Below are positions 1 to 8,920 of a stretch of 64,000 nt of DNA, piece by piece. This stretch comes from a virus, in the IMG/VR virus record IMGVR_UViG_3300033145_000192, positions 96,001 to 160,000 of that record; one strand, written 5' to 3'. The notes beneath the pieces were generated by a model. The model did no database searches. It saw nothing but the letters and a program-made list of their open reading frames with translations, and had not been told where the DNA came from. Position 1 is the stretch's first letter. Every line of letters starts with the position of its first letter. The translations under genes were made by a program, and so were the position numbers.

Positions 1-408
1 TGCGGTGAGATGTCTAAATGCTGCATCGTGATATACAGAGGCCCTTACGCCCTTAATTCTATAGTTGTGCCTACCATACTTTCTCGCACCTTCAAGCATT
101 GCTAGGCCAAGCTCCAGCATCACACCATTGGATACTGTGCTAATCGGAGCCTTCCTGACACCAACTGCATCCTTCGGATTTGTGTCCTTGATGCTTTGCG
201 ACAACTTGGAATCCCTCATCTCCTTGATGGTTGGTGCGTTCCGCTTATTCTCTTCAATCATCTCTTTACGAGCATGCTCGAATTCTTCCGCAGACATCTG
301 TGGACCTCCACCAAGACACATAGGAATATCTTCATCGTTGTTCACGGGGCCAGGAAGGTCCCTATCCTTCTTCCATCCATACTCACCGTGGGTAAGACCG
401 TCGCCCAT
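1..408 (-). CDS. dATP/dGTP diphosphohydrolase-like protein (DUF5664/dGTP_diPhyd_N family), partial, runs off the left edge
   Basis: Not in the ORF track. ATG at 408 overlaps the TAA of the upstream gene and the frame is open to position 1. Manual translation gives TNPKDAVGVRKAP...LGLAMLEGARKYGRHNYRIKGVRASVYHDAAFRHL, matching the recalled family motif. Confidence 0.72.
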   Translation of the reverse strand, partial: MGDGLTHGEYGWKKDRDLPGPVNNDEDIPMCLGGGPQMSAEEFEHARKEMIEENKRNAPTIKEMRDSKLSQSIKDTNPKDAVGVRKAPISTVSNGVMLELGLAMLEGARKYGRHNYRIKGVRASVYHDAAFRHLTA

Positions 409-986
409 TATACCAACTCCTCAGCTTCAAGGAACTCAGACCAATCGCACACTCTGGTAAACCAGCCTAGCGAATCGTCTAGCTTTCTGTTGTAGGGCGC
501 GTCCATGCAATACACGGTAGCCCTTGTTCCAGTAGTGATTTGCTCGACAGTCTTCGGACTGTCATCAATGAATACGTCCACGCCAAGCTCTTGAATGATT
601 GGGGCCTTATTTCCCTTGGCAAAGATGATGTTGGCCTTTGGAAAGCCAGCTTCTTCGATAGCATCAATCGTGTCTTGTCTGGCATACTCTGGCCTATTTG
701 TGATGAACACAATCTCGTGACCAGCAGCGACAATGATGTCTAGGGCAGCCAGCGTCCCTGGCAGAATTTCTAAGTTCCTGTAGCCATGGCCAGCCATACC
801 AAACCTATCGAACTCTTTCCAGAAAGTAGCTTCTGATAGTCCGTCAATGCACTCATGCCAATAGTATGATGTAATCTCTTCATACTTATACTCAACGCCA
901 CATGTCCTTTGGAGCCATGCGCCGAACAAACTCATGAAGTCGAAACAAACACCATCCAGGTCAACTCCGTATCTCTTCTTTGACAT
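408..986 (-). CDS. 5'(3')-deoxyribonucleotidase (HAD superfamily, NT5C-like)
   Basis: HAD motif I VDLDGV, motif II FITNR, motif IV FIDDSP, and C-terminal DAPYN. Confidence 0.85.
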   Translation of the reverse strand: MSKKRYGVDLDGVCFDFMSLFGAWLQRTCGVEYKYEEITSYYWHECIDGLSEATFWKEFDRFGMAGHGYRNLEILPGTLAALDIIVAAGHEIVFITNRPEYARQDTIDAIEEAGFPKANIIFAKGNKAPIIQELGVDVFIDDSPKTVEQITTGTRATVYCMDAPYNRKLDDSLGWFTRVCDWSEFLEAEELV

Positions 987-1983
987 TGAAAGCCTCTCTT
1001 ATTTCCTCAGTCGTCAAATCCCCTATGTCATTTCTGCCTTCTGGCAAACTGACGACTTCCACATCGAAAAAGTTACTTGCAGTCTTGACTGCCGCGTGCA
1101 TTCCACTAATGCCTGCTGCATCGTTATCTAGGGCAAGCCTTAGTTTGAAAGCCTGCACGTTCATCAAAATCTGCATCTGCTCGTTGTATAGCGTTTTTCC
1201 TAAGACAGCGACAGAATTTCTAACACCCGCATCTTCTAGGCGAAGAACATCAAGCGGGCCTTCACAAACAATGACCTCGCTCAAATCCCTAATGTGGTCC
1301 TTTGCCCTGTCAATGTTAAATAGGTTGTGCTTCGCATCGTAGTCTCTGCTGTGCAACCACTTGGGAGTGTTGCGGGCCTTCCAGTCTTCATAGAGAGTCC
1401 TGCCGGTAAAGCCGACAATCTCTCCATCTATATTGCGAATTGGGAACACCACCCTATTTGACATATACTTACCAGTGCTTTGGCCAACCCCCACATGGTA
1501 TTCTTCGACAATCTCTCTGGAGAATCCTCGCTCTTCTTCAAGATATCCGTGATATTGTAGCGACGACAAACACGTCTCGGGATAAACTTGCTTCCTGCTC
1601 TTTGTCCTCCTTGCCTTGACAACGAATTCTCGGTTCTGTCTTTCATCTCTAATCTTCCTCAATTCCTCTGGGGAGATATCTAGATTTACAAACCCCTTCA
1701 CGTATTCTATTGCTTCGACAAACGAATAGCTCTTCAGCGCCTTAACTAAACCGAAGATATCGGCATCATACTTGGTATGGCAGTGACGAGAAAAGCACGA
1801 CCAGATACAGCGGTCAACGTGCCAACTCCAAGAGTCGTGTCTACTGCTCCCATGAACAGGGCACGGCCCGGTTAGAGAATGATATCTGTCCCTGTATTCC
1901 ACACCGAGGTCATCCAGAATCTCATGTATCTTAGCTGCTGCAAGGTCTTTGATTACTTTAATGGTTTCACTGTCTGCAAACAT
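961..1983 (-). CDS. dnaG: DNA primase (CHC2 zinc finger + TOPRIM)
   Basis: CPVH...WSCFSRHC zinc-binding domain, RVVFPI..GFTGR, TOPRIM CEGPLDV and LALDNDAAG. ATG 1983 chosen from the GAGG RBS (track start 1995). Confidence 0.92.
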   Translation of the reverse strand: MFADSETIKVIKDLAAAKIHEILDDLGVEYRDRYHSLTGPCPVHGSSRHDSWSWHVDRCIWSCFSRHCHTKYDADIFGLVKALKSYSFVEAIEYVKGFVNLDISPEELRKIRDERQNREFVVKARRTKSRKQVYPETCLSSLQYHGYLEEERGFSREIVEEYHVGVGQSTGKYMSNRVVFPIRNIDGEIVGFTGRTLYEDWKARNTPKWLHSRDYDAKHNLFNIDRAKDHIRDLSEVIVCEGPLDVLRLEDAGVRNSVAVLGKTLYNEQMQILMNVQAFKLRLALDNDAAGISGMHAAVKTASNFFDVEVVSLPEGRNDIGDLTTEEIREAFNVKEEIRS

Positions 1984-2023
1984 TTTTAGCCTCAAGTCCT
2001 TTAGAAGTTAAGTCAAGTCCCGA

Positions 2024-3493
2024 CTATTCCTCCCTCGTGTCTCCTAGAAGAGTTGGTGTCTCTTCGTCATTCAGTCTGTCGCGAATCTGTCTGAGGTTCT
2101 GAATACTAGCAGTAATCTCTGAGTTCCTCTTGTCTTCCTTCAACCTGCACGAGCTTCGGTCGAAGTGGAAGTTAATCCAATCATCATAGTCATGCCCTGG
2201 ACCGTGGCGAGCGAGAATGACCTTCGCCATGTGGTCACCTCTCTGGGTGCCGTCCAGTTCAATCTCTTCAGGTCTCTTCTTTCTGAACAGTGTCAATGAG
2301 TCAAGATTATGACTGATTCTATCAGAACCGGCGATTGTGGATACGCTGTCCACCTTCAGTGCTTCGCGATTCAACTGTCCGAATACGAGAATTGGAATGT
2401 TCTCCTGAACTGCTAGGTCATGTAGCGCCGAGATTAGGAATCCCAGCATTTGCCACTCTGCTGCGTTCTTGAGGTCCTTCGGGTTGGACAGCTTGACATA
2501 ATCATACACGACCAGGCATCTTGGCGTTGGGCCTTTCGAACGACCAACATTTCTCCTGACGAACTTGCGAACTACTGGTATGACGTGATTAACACTTCGG
2601 CCAGCGATGTTCTTGTAGAAGAATGGTGCGTCCTTCACCTTTGCGAAGGCTTCCTTGAGTAGCTCAATTTGGTCTGGCTTTGACTTCCATGTTCCGCTCT
2701 CGATTACATCGAACGGGATGCCAGTGAGTAGCGAGCAAATCCTCATCTGTTGGTCACGAAGCAGTAGCTCGGAATCCAGATACAGGACCGGCAATTTGCC
2801 GAAGTCTGCGCTACCCTCTATGGCGACCATAGCCCCAGCATGTGCAGCGATTTGTGATTTACCAGCCTTAGCTCTGGCGAAAATACCAGTGACGGTTCCA
2901 TTCTTGATTCCGCCACAGTCTCTCTGCCATCTCTTGAAGCCGATGTCTAGCGACTGAACGAAGTCCCCATCAGCAAAGCTCTGAATGGTCTCCTCAAATG
3001 TATCTGCTAGGTTCTCTACGTCCTCCTGTCCTTCGTCTATATACTTGATGGTCTTGAAGACATTGTCCTCTACCATGTTCCTAAGTTCGAGTGGACTTCC
3101 ACTGAAGCTCTCGATGTCATCCTTTAGATAATCAAACGTGCCTATCATCTGACGCTTGATGGATGCCATCTTAATAGCGCCAACATGCTTCATTATCGCT
3201 TCGGGATTGATTGAATCTCTAGTGGCTTCTAGCGCCTCAATAAGCGCACCATTTTGTGTAGCTCCCAAGAAATCCTTCAGGCCCTTCTCTTCAGCCTTGC
3301 TAATCAGGACGTAGCTGTCCAGTTTTGTAGATGGGTCTTCGGTGACAATATCACGCATCAGCCCATAAATCATCTGGTTGCCATTGTTAGTGAAGTCATC
3401 TACGTCTAGAATGTCGTCTACTAAAAGCAGCGTATCAGGCTGCTTCAGTAGTATTGCCAATACCGCTCTCTCAGCCCCTATCGCTTGAAGCAT
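2024..3493 (-). CDS. dnaB: Replicative DNA helicase
   Basis: N-terminal AERAVLAILL, Walker A ARAKAGKS, Walker B VVYDYVKL, QLNRE motif, VILARHG. Start 3493 follows a GGAGGG RBS. Confidence 0.93.
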   Translation of the reverse strand: MLQAIGAERAVLAILLKQPDTLLLVDDILDVDDFTNNGNQMIYGLMRDIVTEDPSTKLDSYVLISKAEEKGLKDFLGATQNGALIEALEATRDSINPEAIMKHVGAIKMASIKRQMIGTFDYLKDDIESFSGSPLELRNMVEDNVFKTIKYIDEGQEDVENLADTFEETIQSFADGDFVQSLDIGFKRWQRDCGGIKNGTVTGIFARAKAGKSQIAAHAGAMVAIEGSADFGKLPVLYLDSELLLRDQQMRICSLLTGIPFDVIESGTWKSKPDQIELLKEAFAKVKDAPFFYKNIAGRSVNHVIPVVRKFVRRNVGRSKGPTPRCLVVYDYVKLSNPKDLKNAAEWQMLGFLISALHDLAVQENIPILVFGQLNREALKVDSVSTIAGSDRISHNLDSLTLFRKKRPEEIELDGTQRGDHMAKVILARHGPGHDYDDWINFHFDRSSCRLKEDKRNSEITASIQNLRQIRDRLNDEETPTLLGDTREE

Positions 3494-3851
3494 CGTATGC
3501 CCTCCATTTGGCTTCCCGGACCTTGCGGTCATAAATCTTCTTGTAAAGGTCTATCTTGACCTTAACGGCTTCCGTGAATGGTTTTATTTGATTCAACTTG
3601 ACACGTTCATTCTTGTCGCCATTGAACTGGACACGAGAAAATATCTGGCCCATCTCGGCGTTAAGGAATGTGTAGTATCCGTCTAAAATTACCAGATGCT
3701 CACCGAACTCATCAAGTGACATGCTGCTAATGTCTACTCCAGTTAGGTTCATTGCCTTAGCAATTGGGTCGCTTTCTGGTCGTGATACGAATTGAAAGCC
3801 CACTTTGCTTCTCCACGTCGATATGTGATTTCTAAGTTCTTCACTTGTCAT
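3471..3851 (-). CDS. Hypothetical alpha-helical protein in the replication module
   Basis: 126-aa ORF tightly packed with its neighbours, AGGAGA RBS. No family recognised. Confidence 0.65.
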   Translation of the reverse strand: MTSEELRNHISTWRSKVGFQFVSRPESDPIAKAMNLTGVDISSMSLDEFGEHLVILDGYYTFLNAEMGQIFSRVQFNGDKNERVKLNQIKPFTEAVKVKIDLYKKIYDRKVREAKWRAYDASSDRG

Positions 3852-3896
3852 GCTGCATCTCCTTGCCGTGGATGATTGGGCGAGTCAATTGGAGAG

Positions 3897-4295
3897 TCAA
3901 GGCAGCAGATTTATTATGTTTTCTCTGTCCTCGCCCCACTCGATTTCTATGAGGGTGATTTTGTTTATTTCGCACCACTCCTTCTTTCGCTTGTCCCTGC
4001 CCTGAGATGCCTTGAACGCGGCCTTGTCGTGATGGAAGAACGGGTTGAATGTGTGGTGTTGCGAACCCTGGACTTCAATTGCTAGGAGTCTTCTAGGGAG
4101 AAAGAAGTCTAGCGACAATCCCTCGCCCTTACAGGGGAACTCCTCTAAGATGATGTCGGTCGGATATGTCTCATCGAGGATTTCACCCACCTCGCTTTGA
4201 AACAGTCCCCGACCTTCACCCGCCTCTTTGCGCGGCCACCTGGACGGACGAATGTCTATCTTGTGTTCGCGGCCTCTTGTGTCAAAAAATCGCAC
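3897..4295 (-). CDS. Restriction-endonuclease-fold nuclease (DUF559/Vsr-like)
   Basis: LDFFLP..LAIEVQGSQH and D.RKKEWC motifs. Confidence 0.6.
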   Translation of the reverse strand: MRFFDTRGREHKIDIRPSRWPRKEAGEGRGLFQSEVGEILDETYPTDIILEEFPCKGEGLSLDFFLPRRLLAIEVQGSQHHTFNPFFHHDKAAFKASQGRDKRKKEWCEINKITLIEIEWGEDRENIINLLP

Positions 4296-4300
4296 AGCAC

Positions 4301-5338
4301 TTAGTCAGCAAGAAGTTCTTTGGTTTGCTTGATGATTCCATCTCTAAACTCCTTGTTGTTCCTAATTAGGTCCAACATAAATGCTTCGCGCTTCCTGACT
4401 CCCTCTGGATTCTCCTCGTTAACGAGGGTATACCAGCCCTTGTTGTAGTCAATGATACATAGGTCTCTAGCTAACTGTAGTAGGTCGAGTCCCTTGTCAA
4501 TTCCATGACCATACATAATCGGAACTGATACTTCCCTAAATGGCCTAGCCATGTTGTTCTTCATAACACGACAAATGGTCATCTGGCCAACGATATCACC
4601 CTTAGCATCCTTGATGAGATGAGAGTTCAGTCTCTTCAGCCTAACGATTTGTGATGCCATGTCACCAACAGCCTTACCACCCTTCTTGGTGTCACCAGAG
4701 GCGTAGGGATTTAGATTGGATGTCAGGTGAGAGATAAACAGGATGGTGCAGCGGTTTCTTTCCGCTGGACCAAGCGTCTTTCTGACCATCTTCCAACACA
4801 AGCGAGCTACCAATCCCATTGTTTGCTTCTCTGCACCCTCTGCATCCTCAACTTCTGGAAGCATGGCAGTGATGCTATCAAACACAACGAGACAGCCTGG
4901 GACCTCCGTTACGCACTTATGGACCATGTTTACCGCTTCTTCGCCGGTATCTGGTCTAATACGCACGAACATCTTTCTGGCCTCAGCCTTCTTCAGTCCA
5001 CGAATCATATTGATTTGGGACTCACGCAGCTTACGCTCAACATCGAAATAGAATACTGGCTTGCCCATCTGAATGGCATTTGCCGCAACTTCTAGAGCGA
5101 ATGTGCTCTTGCCAGTTGAGTGGTCACCGTAGATTTCATTAGCGGACCCTTCGATGAACGGAACACCGAGGGCCCAATCTAGCTTGACGGAACCAGTAGA
5201 AATGGACGCAAGGTCGCCGTCCTTGATGTCTGGTCCGACACAGACTTTGCCGGACCACTCCTTGAAAATGCTCTCCTGAAAGCCAATGATATCCTCAAGG
5301 CTTAGGGGCTTAGTGCTTAGGTCTTTTTTCTTCGCCAT
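4301..5338 (-). CDS. recA: RecA/UvsX-type recombinase
   Basis: ISTGSVKLDWALG, Walker A EIYGDHSTGKSTFA, VVFDSITAM, ILFISHL, GGKA. Confidence 0.95.
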   Translation of the reverse strand: MAKKKDLSTKPLSLEDIIGFQESIFKEWSGKVCVGPDIKDGDLASISTGSVKLDWALGVPFIEGSANEIYGDHSTGKSTFALEVAANAIQMGKPVFYFDVERKLRESQINMIRGLKKAEARKMFVRIRPDTGEEAVNMVHKCVTEVPGCLVVFDSITAMLPEVEDAEGAEKQTMGLVARLCWKMVRKTLGPAERNRCTILFISHLTSNLNPYASGDTKKGGKAVGDMASQIVRLKRLNSHLIKDAKGDIVGQMTICRVMKNNMARPFREVSVPIMYGHGIDKGLDLLQLARDLCIIDYNKGWYTLVNEENPEGVRKREAFMLDLIRNNKEFRDGIIKQTKELLAD

Positions 5339-5724
5339 TAAGAGTCTGCTCTGGCGTCAATCTTGAGTCTCTTGGCTCTCAGTTTCTTGCTGCCTGTATC
5401 AAGTAGGGTGGACAGCGGAATATCGAACTGCTCTGCCATAAGGAATGCCACGTTAATGACATCTCCCAACTCTTCTGTCATGCGGCCTAGTGGCGAAACA
5501 CCGGCATCGCGGAGCTTCTTTACCTTCCTGCGGCTACCCTGTTGTGCCAGGATGGCCTCAGAAAGCTCGCCAACCTCTTCTGACAACTTCGTCATGTAAT
5601 ACAGCTTGTTGTTTGGCCTATGGCGGTTCTTCCTGTAGGTCTCAAGCTCATCAATGTATGTGGCCATGTGAAGGGCGGTCTTGGTCTTTTCCTCTAGGTT
5701 GGGCTTAAATGCTTCGTTTCTCAT
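5338..5724 (-). CDS. mazG: MazG-like NTP pyrophosphohydrolase
   Basis: KLSEEVGELSEAI ... EELGDVI acidic metal-binding motifs. Confidence 0.8.
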   Translation of the reverse strand: MRNEAFKPNLEEKTKTALHMATYIDELETYRKNRHRPNNKLYYMTKLSEEVGELSEAILAQQGSRRKVKKLRDAGVSPLGRMTEELGDVINVAFLMAEQFDIPLSTLLDTGSKKLRAKRLKIDARADS

Positions 5725-6157
5725 TCGAGAACTCCTCTAATCTTTCAAATAGCCCCAGTGGCTTCGGGGCCGGTTTTCTATCTGTTCTAAGGTCATCAAC
5801 ATCTTCAGCTACTTCTGGTTTCACTGGGGATGTGTCTTTTAATTCTGCCAGTCGTTCTTTCCTTTCCTTAATCCGTTGAAGCAAGAACTCCACCTTGGCG
5901 TAATCGGTCCAGGTGGTGATATGATTTTCCATGGCAATCAAAAGCACAGCAGGCTCGCCGTATTTCTTGATGAATTTACGGCAAGCCTGTATTTCTCGAC
6001 GGTATCGGAATTTGTATCTGTGTGTTTGCCAGAATTTGGCTGGAAGGCGTAGCCCGTGATTGTCTCGCAAGAACGCAAGCTCTACAAGGTAATTGGAGCA
6101 GTCCTGCTTTGTTCCGGGCGTGCTCAGGGAATTGAATCTAGCTTTTCTTTTCGCCAT
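5705..6157 (-). CDS. Hypothetical protein, first gene of the replication operon
   Basis: 150-aa ORF with AGGAG RBS directly downstream of a sigma70 promoter. Confidence 0.7.
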   Translation of the reverse strand: MAKRKARFNSLSTPGTKQDCSNYLVELAFLRDNHGLRLPAKFWQTHRYKFRYRREIQACRKFIKKYGEPAVLLIAMENHITTWTDYAKVEFLLQRIKERKERLAELKDTSPVKPEVAEDVDDLRTDRKPAPKPLGLFERLEEFSNEKRSI

Positions 6158-6217
6158 TTGCTTTCTCCTTCAGTCTGCACGCTTTGTTTTCGCTCTACGC
6201 TTGTTCCCACTAGAAGT

Positions 6218-6246
6218 AGTATAGTGCGAAGAAGCCGATGGGTCAA
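6218..6246 (-). promoter_or_regulatory. Sigma70-type promoter for the replication module
   Basis: TTGACC (6246-6241), 17-nt spacer, TATACT (6223-6218), intergenic upstream of ORF 6157. Confidence 0.72.
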
Positions 6247-6253
6247 GGCTGAA

Positions 6254-8920
6254 TCAATCACCGAAGGTTACTAGCCCTCCAGCAGCCTTTCCGCCTTCCT
6301 TCAATCCCATTCCCTGATTGCCGTCAGTGCCCTGTAGGCCAATCTCAGGACGAGGCTGAGTCGTGCCCTCTGGGTTAGTGTCATCGCTAGGTCCAGTATC
6401 ACTGCCAGTTCCGCCACTTGTGCTCTTACCAGAGCTTCCGCCCTTACACGTAATGAGCTTTGGCTTACCGGAACATGGGTCGTGAAGCAGGATAATGCCG
6501 CAGTCGGGTGGGTCTGGAGGTGGAACTTTAGGTTCTCTTGGAACGGTGCCAGGAGTTTGGCCTCCACCGGCCACTGACCCAGGCCCACTCTTACCGCCGC
6601 CTGTAGTAGAACCACCTCCGGTATCAGGTGGGTCATCTGGAGTATCGGTTCCACCCTTACCAGTTCCTCCGCCAGTGCTAGCATCTTGCTCAACTGTAGG
6701 AGCGGTGGCTGTTGTTGGTGTTACCGATGTTGCACCAAGCTCATTTAGCTGTTCGTTAATAGCACCGACTGTTTCAGCAGTGGCATCGTTAAATGCACCA
6801 GCTAGGCCATTCAGTGCTGCCTGTTGTTTCTTATGACCTTCACCGACAGCGTCATCAACATCCTTTGGAGTGGCAAAACCATCTTGGCCATTAACGAGTC
6901 CGATATCATCAATGCCACCATCTCCACCAGTTAGCTCATTGACCAATGAATCGAGTGCCGCCTTATTCTTCTTGCAACAATCCTCTGCACTCTCCTGTGC
7001 TTCCTTATCACCTCCAAGTGCATTTTCGGCATCGTCAAGTGCTTCATCTGCGTTTGCGTTTGCTTCCTCTTGCTGGTCCTTTGCAGCCTTCTCCTCATCA
7101 GTTGGATGTGGTGGACCAGCCTTTCCTTGCTCGTCTTCCCAATCCTTCTTAGCATCTTCTGCTTCCTGCTGGCCCTCTCTCGCTTCCTCAACCGTATCGG
7201 TCGCAGTCGCTCTAGCAGCTTCAGCGGTTTCTTGTGCAGCATCATCTACTCTCTGTGCTGCATCCTTCTTTGCTCTAGCATCTGCCGATGTTTCGCCAGC
7301 TTCGGCCAAAGCAGCTTCAGCATCTCTCGCATCTCTTCTCGCGTTCATTCTATCAGCGGAACTCAAATCCTGGTCCGCAGCCCTCGCTTCAGCATCATTT
7401 AGTGCTGCATGAGCGGTTTCAACTGCATCATATGCCTCAGAATATTCTGCATTAGCATCTGCTAGGTCATCTGATGTTTCGTTAGCATAATCAGTGGCGG
7501 TCTTTACGGTATCCAAAGCCTCTTCAACTTTGAATAGGTCTTGTCCGTATTCAGCCTGCTTCAGCCACGCTTCATCCTTTGCTGAATCAAGTGCTTCATT
7601 TCCACTGTCACCAATGGCATCAATCGAGTCAGCAGCCTCACTTACCTCTTCGGCCACGTCACCCATCTTCGCTGCGGCACCTCCTAGTTTCCCTGGGTCG
7701 TTTGTTCCGCCCTTTGCAAAACCGTGGAGCTTTAGAATCAACTCACATACTTCGCAAATCTTACGAGCAAGCGAGATGTCATTAGTGAATGTGCGGTCCC
7801 AATAAATCTTCTCGGTTCCGCTACAGATGTCGTGCTGGACTACTGGAGACCATACGCCACCTTCGAACTTCATCTCTCCAATGATATCTACCTTTGGATT
7901 GTATGGGTTCTTGGTGAAGTTAATTGGACCGTCCCTGGTCATATCCATATGGAACCAGACTTCAGTCTTAAGTTCGATGGTAGACATGGATGTGGTTTCG
8001 CTACCGCATGTTACTGGACAGGTTGGAGTTCTGTGAATGAGGAATATATCAGCCATCGCGCCAGCACACTTATAGTCGTCATCATACCACTTGTGAAGCA
8101 GGGTGGTGCAAATCTCAGCAGATGTAATCCTGTCTGTGTTATCTCCAATGACACCAGCAAAGTCGCAAGTTTTTCTTACCCACCAGGCTTGCTCTAGGCG
8201 ACCCTTCAAAAATGGGAATCCACACGTAGTATCTGAATTTGTCGCAAAGACAAGTGTCCCTTCGTTCTTCCAGCTTAGTGGCTGGTCAACGATTAGGTCA
8301 TTGAATGCTCTCCAGCAATGTCTCTTGCTGTCCCATCGCATATCAACTGGGCCAAACTTCCAGCTTGAAGCGTCTAGCTTGTGCTCATCGTCATTTTTTC
8401 GTTTATCCACTGGGTCTGGGTCAGTTGGTCGTATACCAATTGACTTGCCCCAGCCAGCCATTTGAATAGGCCCACGCACACCAATACTACGCACCTCGTC
8501 GTAATTGGATACCTTCGCCTCACCCCTAGCAGTCTTTACCTTGTTCTTCGAAACCAGAAATTGAATTTGTTGATTTCCACCCGGACTCTCATAGAGATTA
8601 AGATTCTCTCCAGTCGGGATTCCAGCAAATGCACCACCAAGGTCAGCAGCATTCCATGCTGCACTAGTCATCTCCCAGCCAGGAAGGAGCGTGAGGAAGG
8701 AGTCCATAGATGCGCCAAATGTCGCGCCCCATGCATCGTCACTATAACCAAATGCTCCAGGTGGAGTTGGCGTAATAAGCATAGGAGGGCCATCTAGGGT
8801 TTTCTTGCCATTAGACGTTCCAGTTACCCTACTAGCCTCTTGGCCAGAAAGTGCGTATGTCTGGATTGGATAGTTCTTTTTCTTTAGCCTATCCTTATTC
8901 CTTACTTCTTTCCTAGTCAA
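6254..8920 (-). CDS. Large virion/tail-associated protein with an Ala/Asp/Glu-rich coiled coil and a Gly/Thr/Pro-rich C-terminus
   Basis: Last gene of the tail block. Likely TTG start at 8920 after GGAGGAG, overlapping the upstream TAG (track start 9046). Confidence 0.6.
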   Translation of the reverse strand: MTRKEVRNKDRLKKKNYPIQTYALSGQEASRVTGTSNGKKTLDGPPMLITPTPPGAFGYSDDAWGATFGASMDSFLTLLPGWEMTSAAWNAADLGGAFAGIPTGENLNLYESPGGNQQIQFLVSKNKVKTARGEAKVSNYDEVRSIGVRGPIQMAGWGKSIGIRPTDPDPVDKRKNDDEHKLDASSWKFGPVDMRWDSKRHCWRAFNDLIVDQPLSWKNEGTLVFATNSDTTCGFPFLKGRLEQAWWVRKTCDFAGVIGDNTDRITSAEICTTLLHKWYDDDYKCAGAMADIFLIHRTPTCPVTCGSETTSMSTIELKTEVWFHMDMTRDGPINFTKNPYNPKVDIIGEMKFEGGVWSPVVQHDICSGTEKIYWDRTFTNDISLARKICEVCELILKLHGFAKGGTNDPGKLGGAAAKMGDVAEEVSEAADSIDAIGDSGNEALDSAKDEAWLKQAEYGQDLFKVEEALDTVKTATDYANETSDDLADANAEYSEAYDAVETAHAALNDAEARAADQDLSSADRMNARRDARDAEAALAEAGETSADARAKKDAAQRVDDAAQETAEAARATATDTVEEAREGQQEAEDAKKDWEDEQGKAGPPHPTDEEKAAKDQQEEANANADEALDDAENALGGDKEAQESAEDCCKKNKAALDSLVNELTGGDGGIDDIGLVNGQDGFATPKDVDDAVGEGHKKQQAALNGLAGAFNDATAETVGAINEQLNELGATSVTPTTATAPTVEQDASTGGGTGKGGTDTPDDPPDTGGGSTTGGGKSGPGSVAGGGQTPGTVPREPKVPPPDPPDCGIILLHDPCSGKPKLITCKGGSSGKSTSGGTGSDTGPSDDTNPEGTTQPRPEIGLQGTDGNQGMGLKEGGKAAGGLVTFGD

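Noticed and set aside
65-495. Plus-strand ORFs 65..460 and 196..495
   Set aside because: They are antisense shadows of the minus-strand DUF5664-like gene (1-408), which has recognisable motifs and a coupled start.
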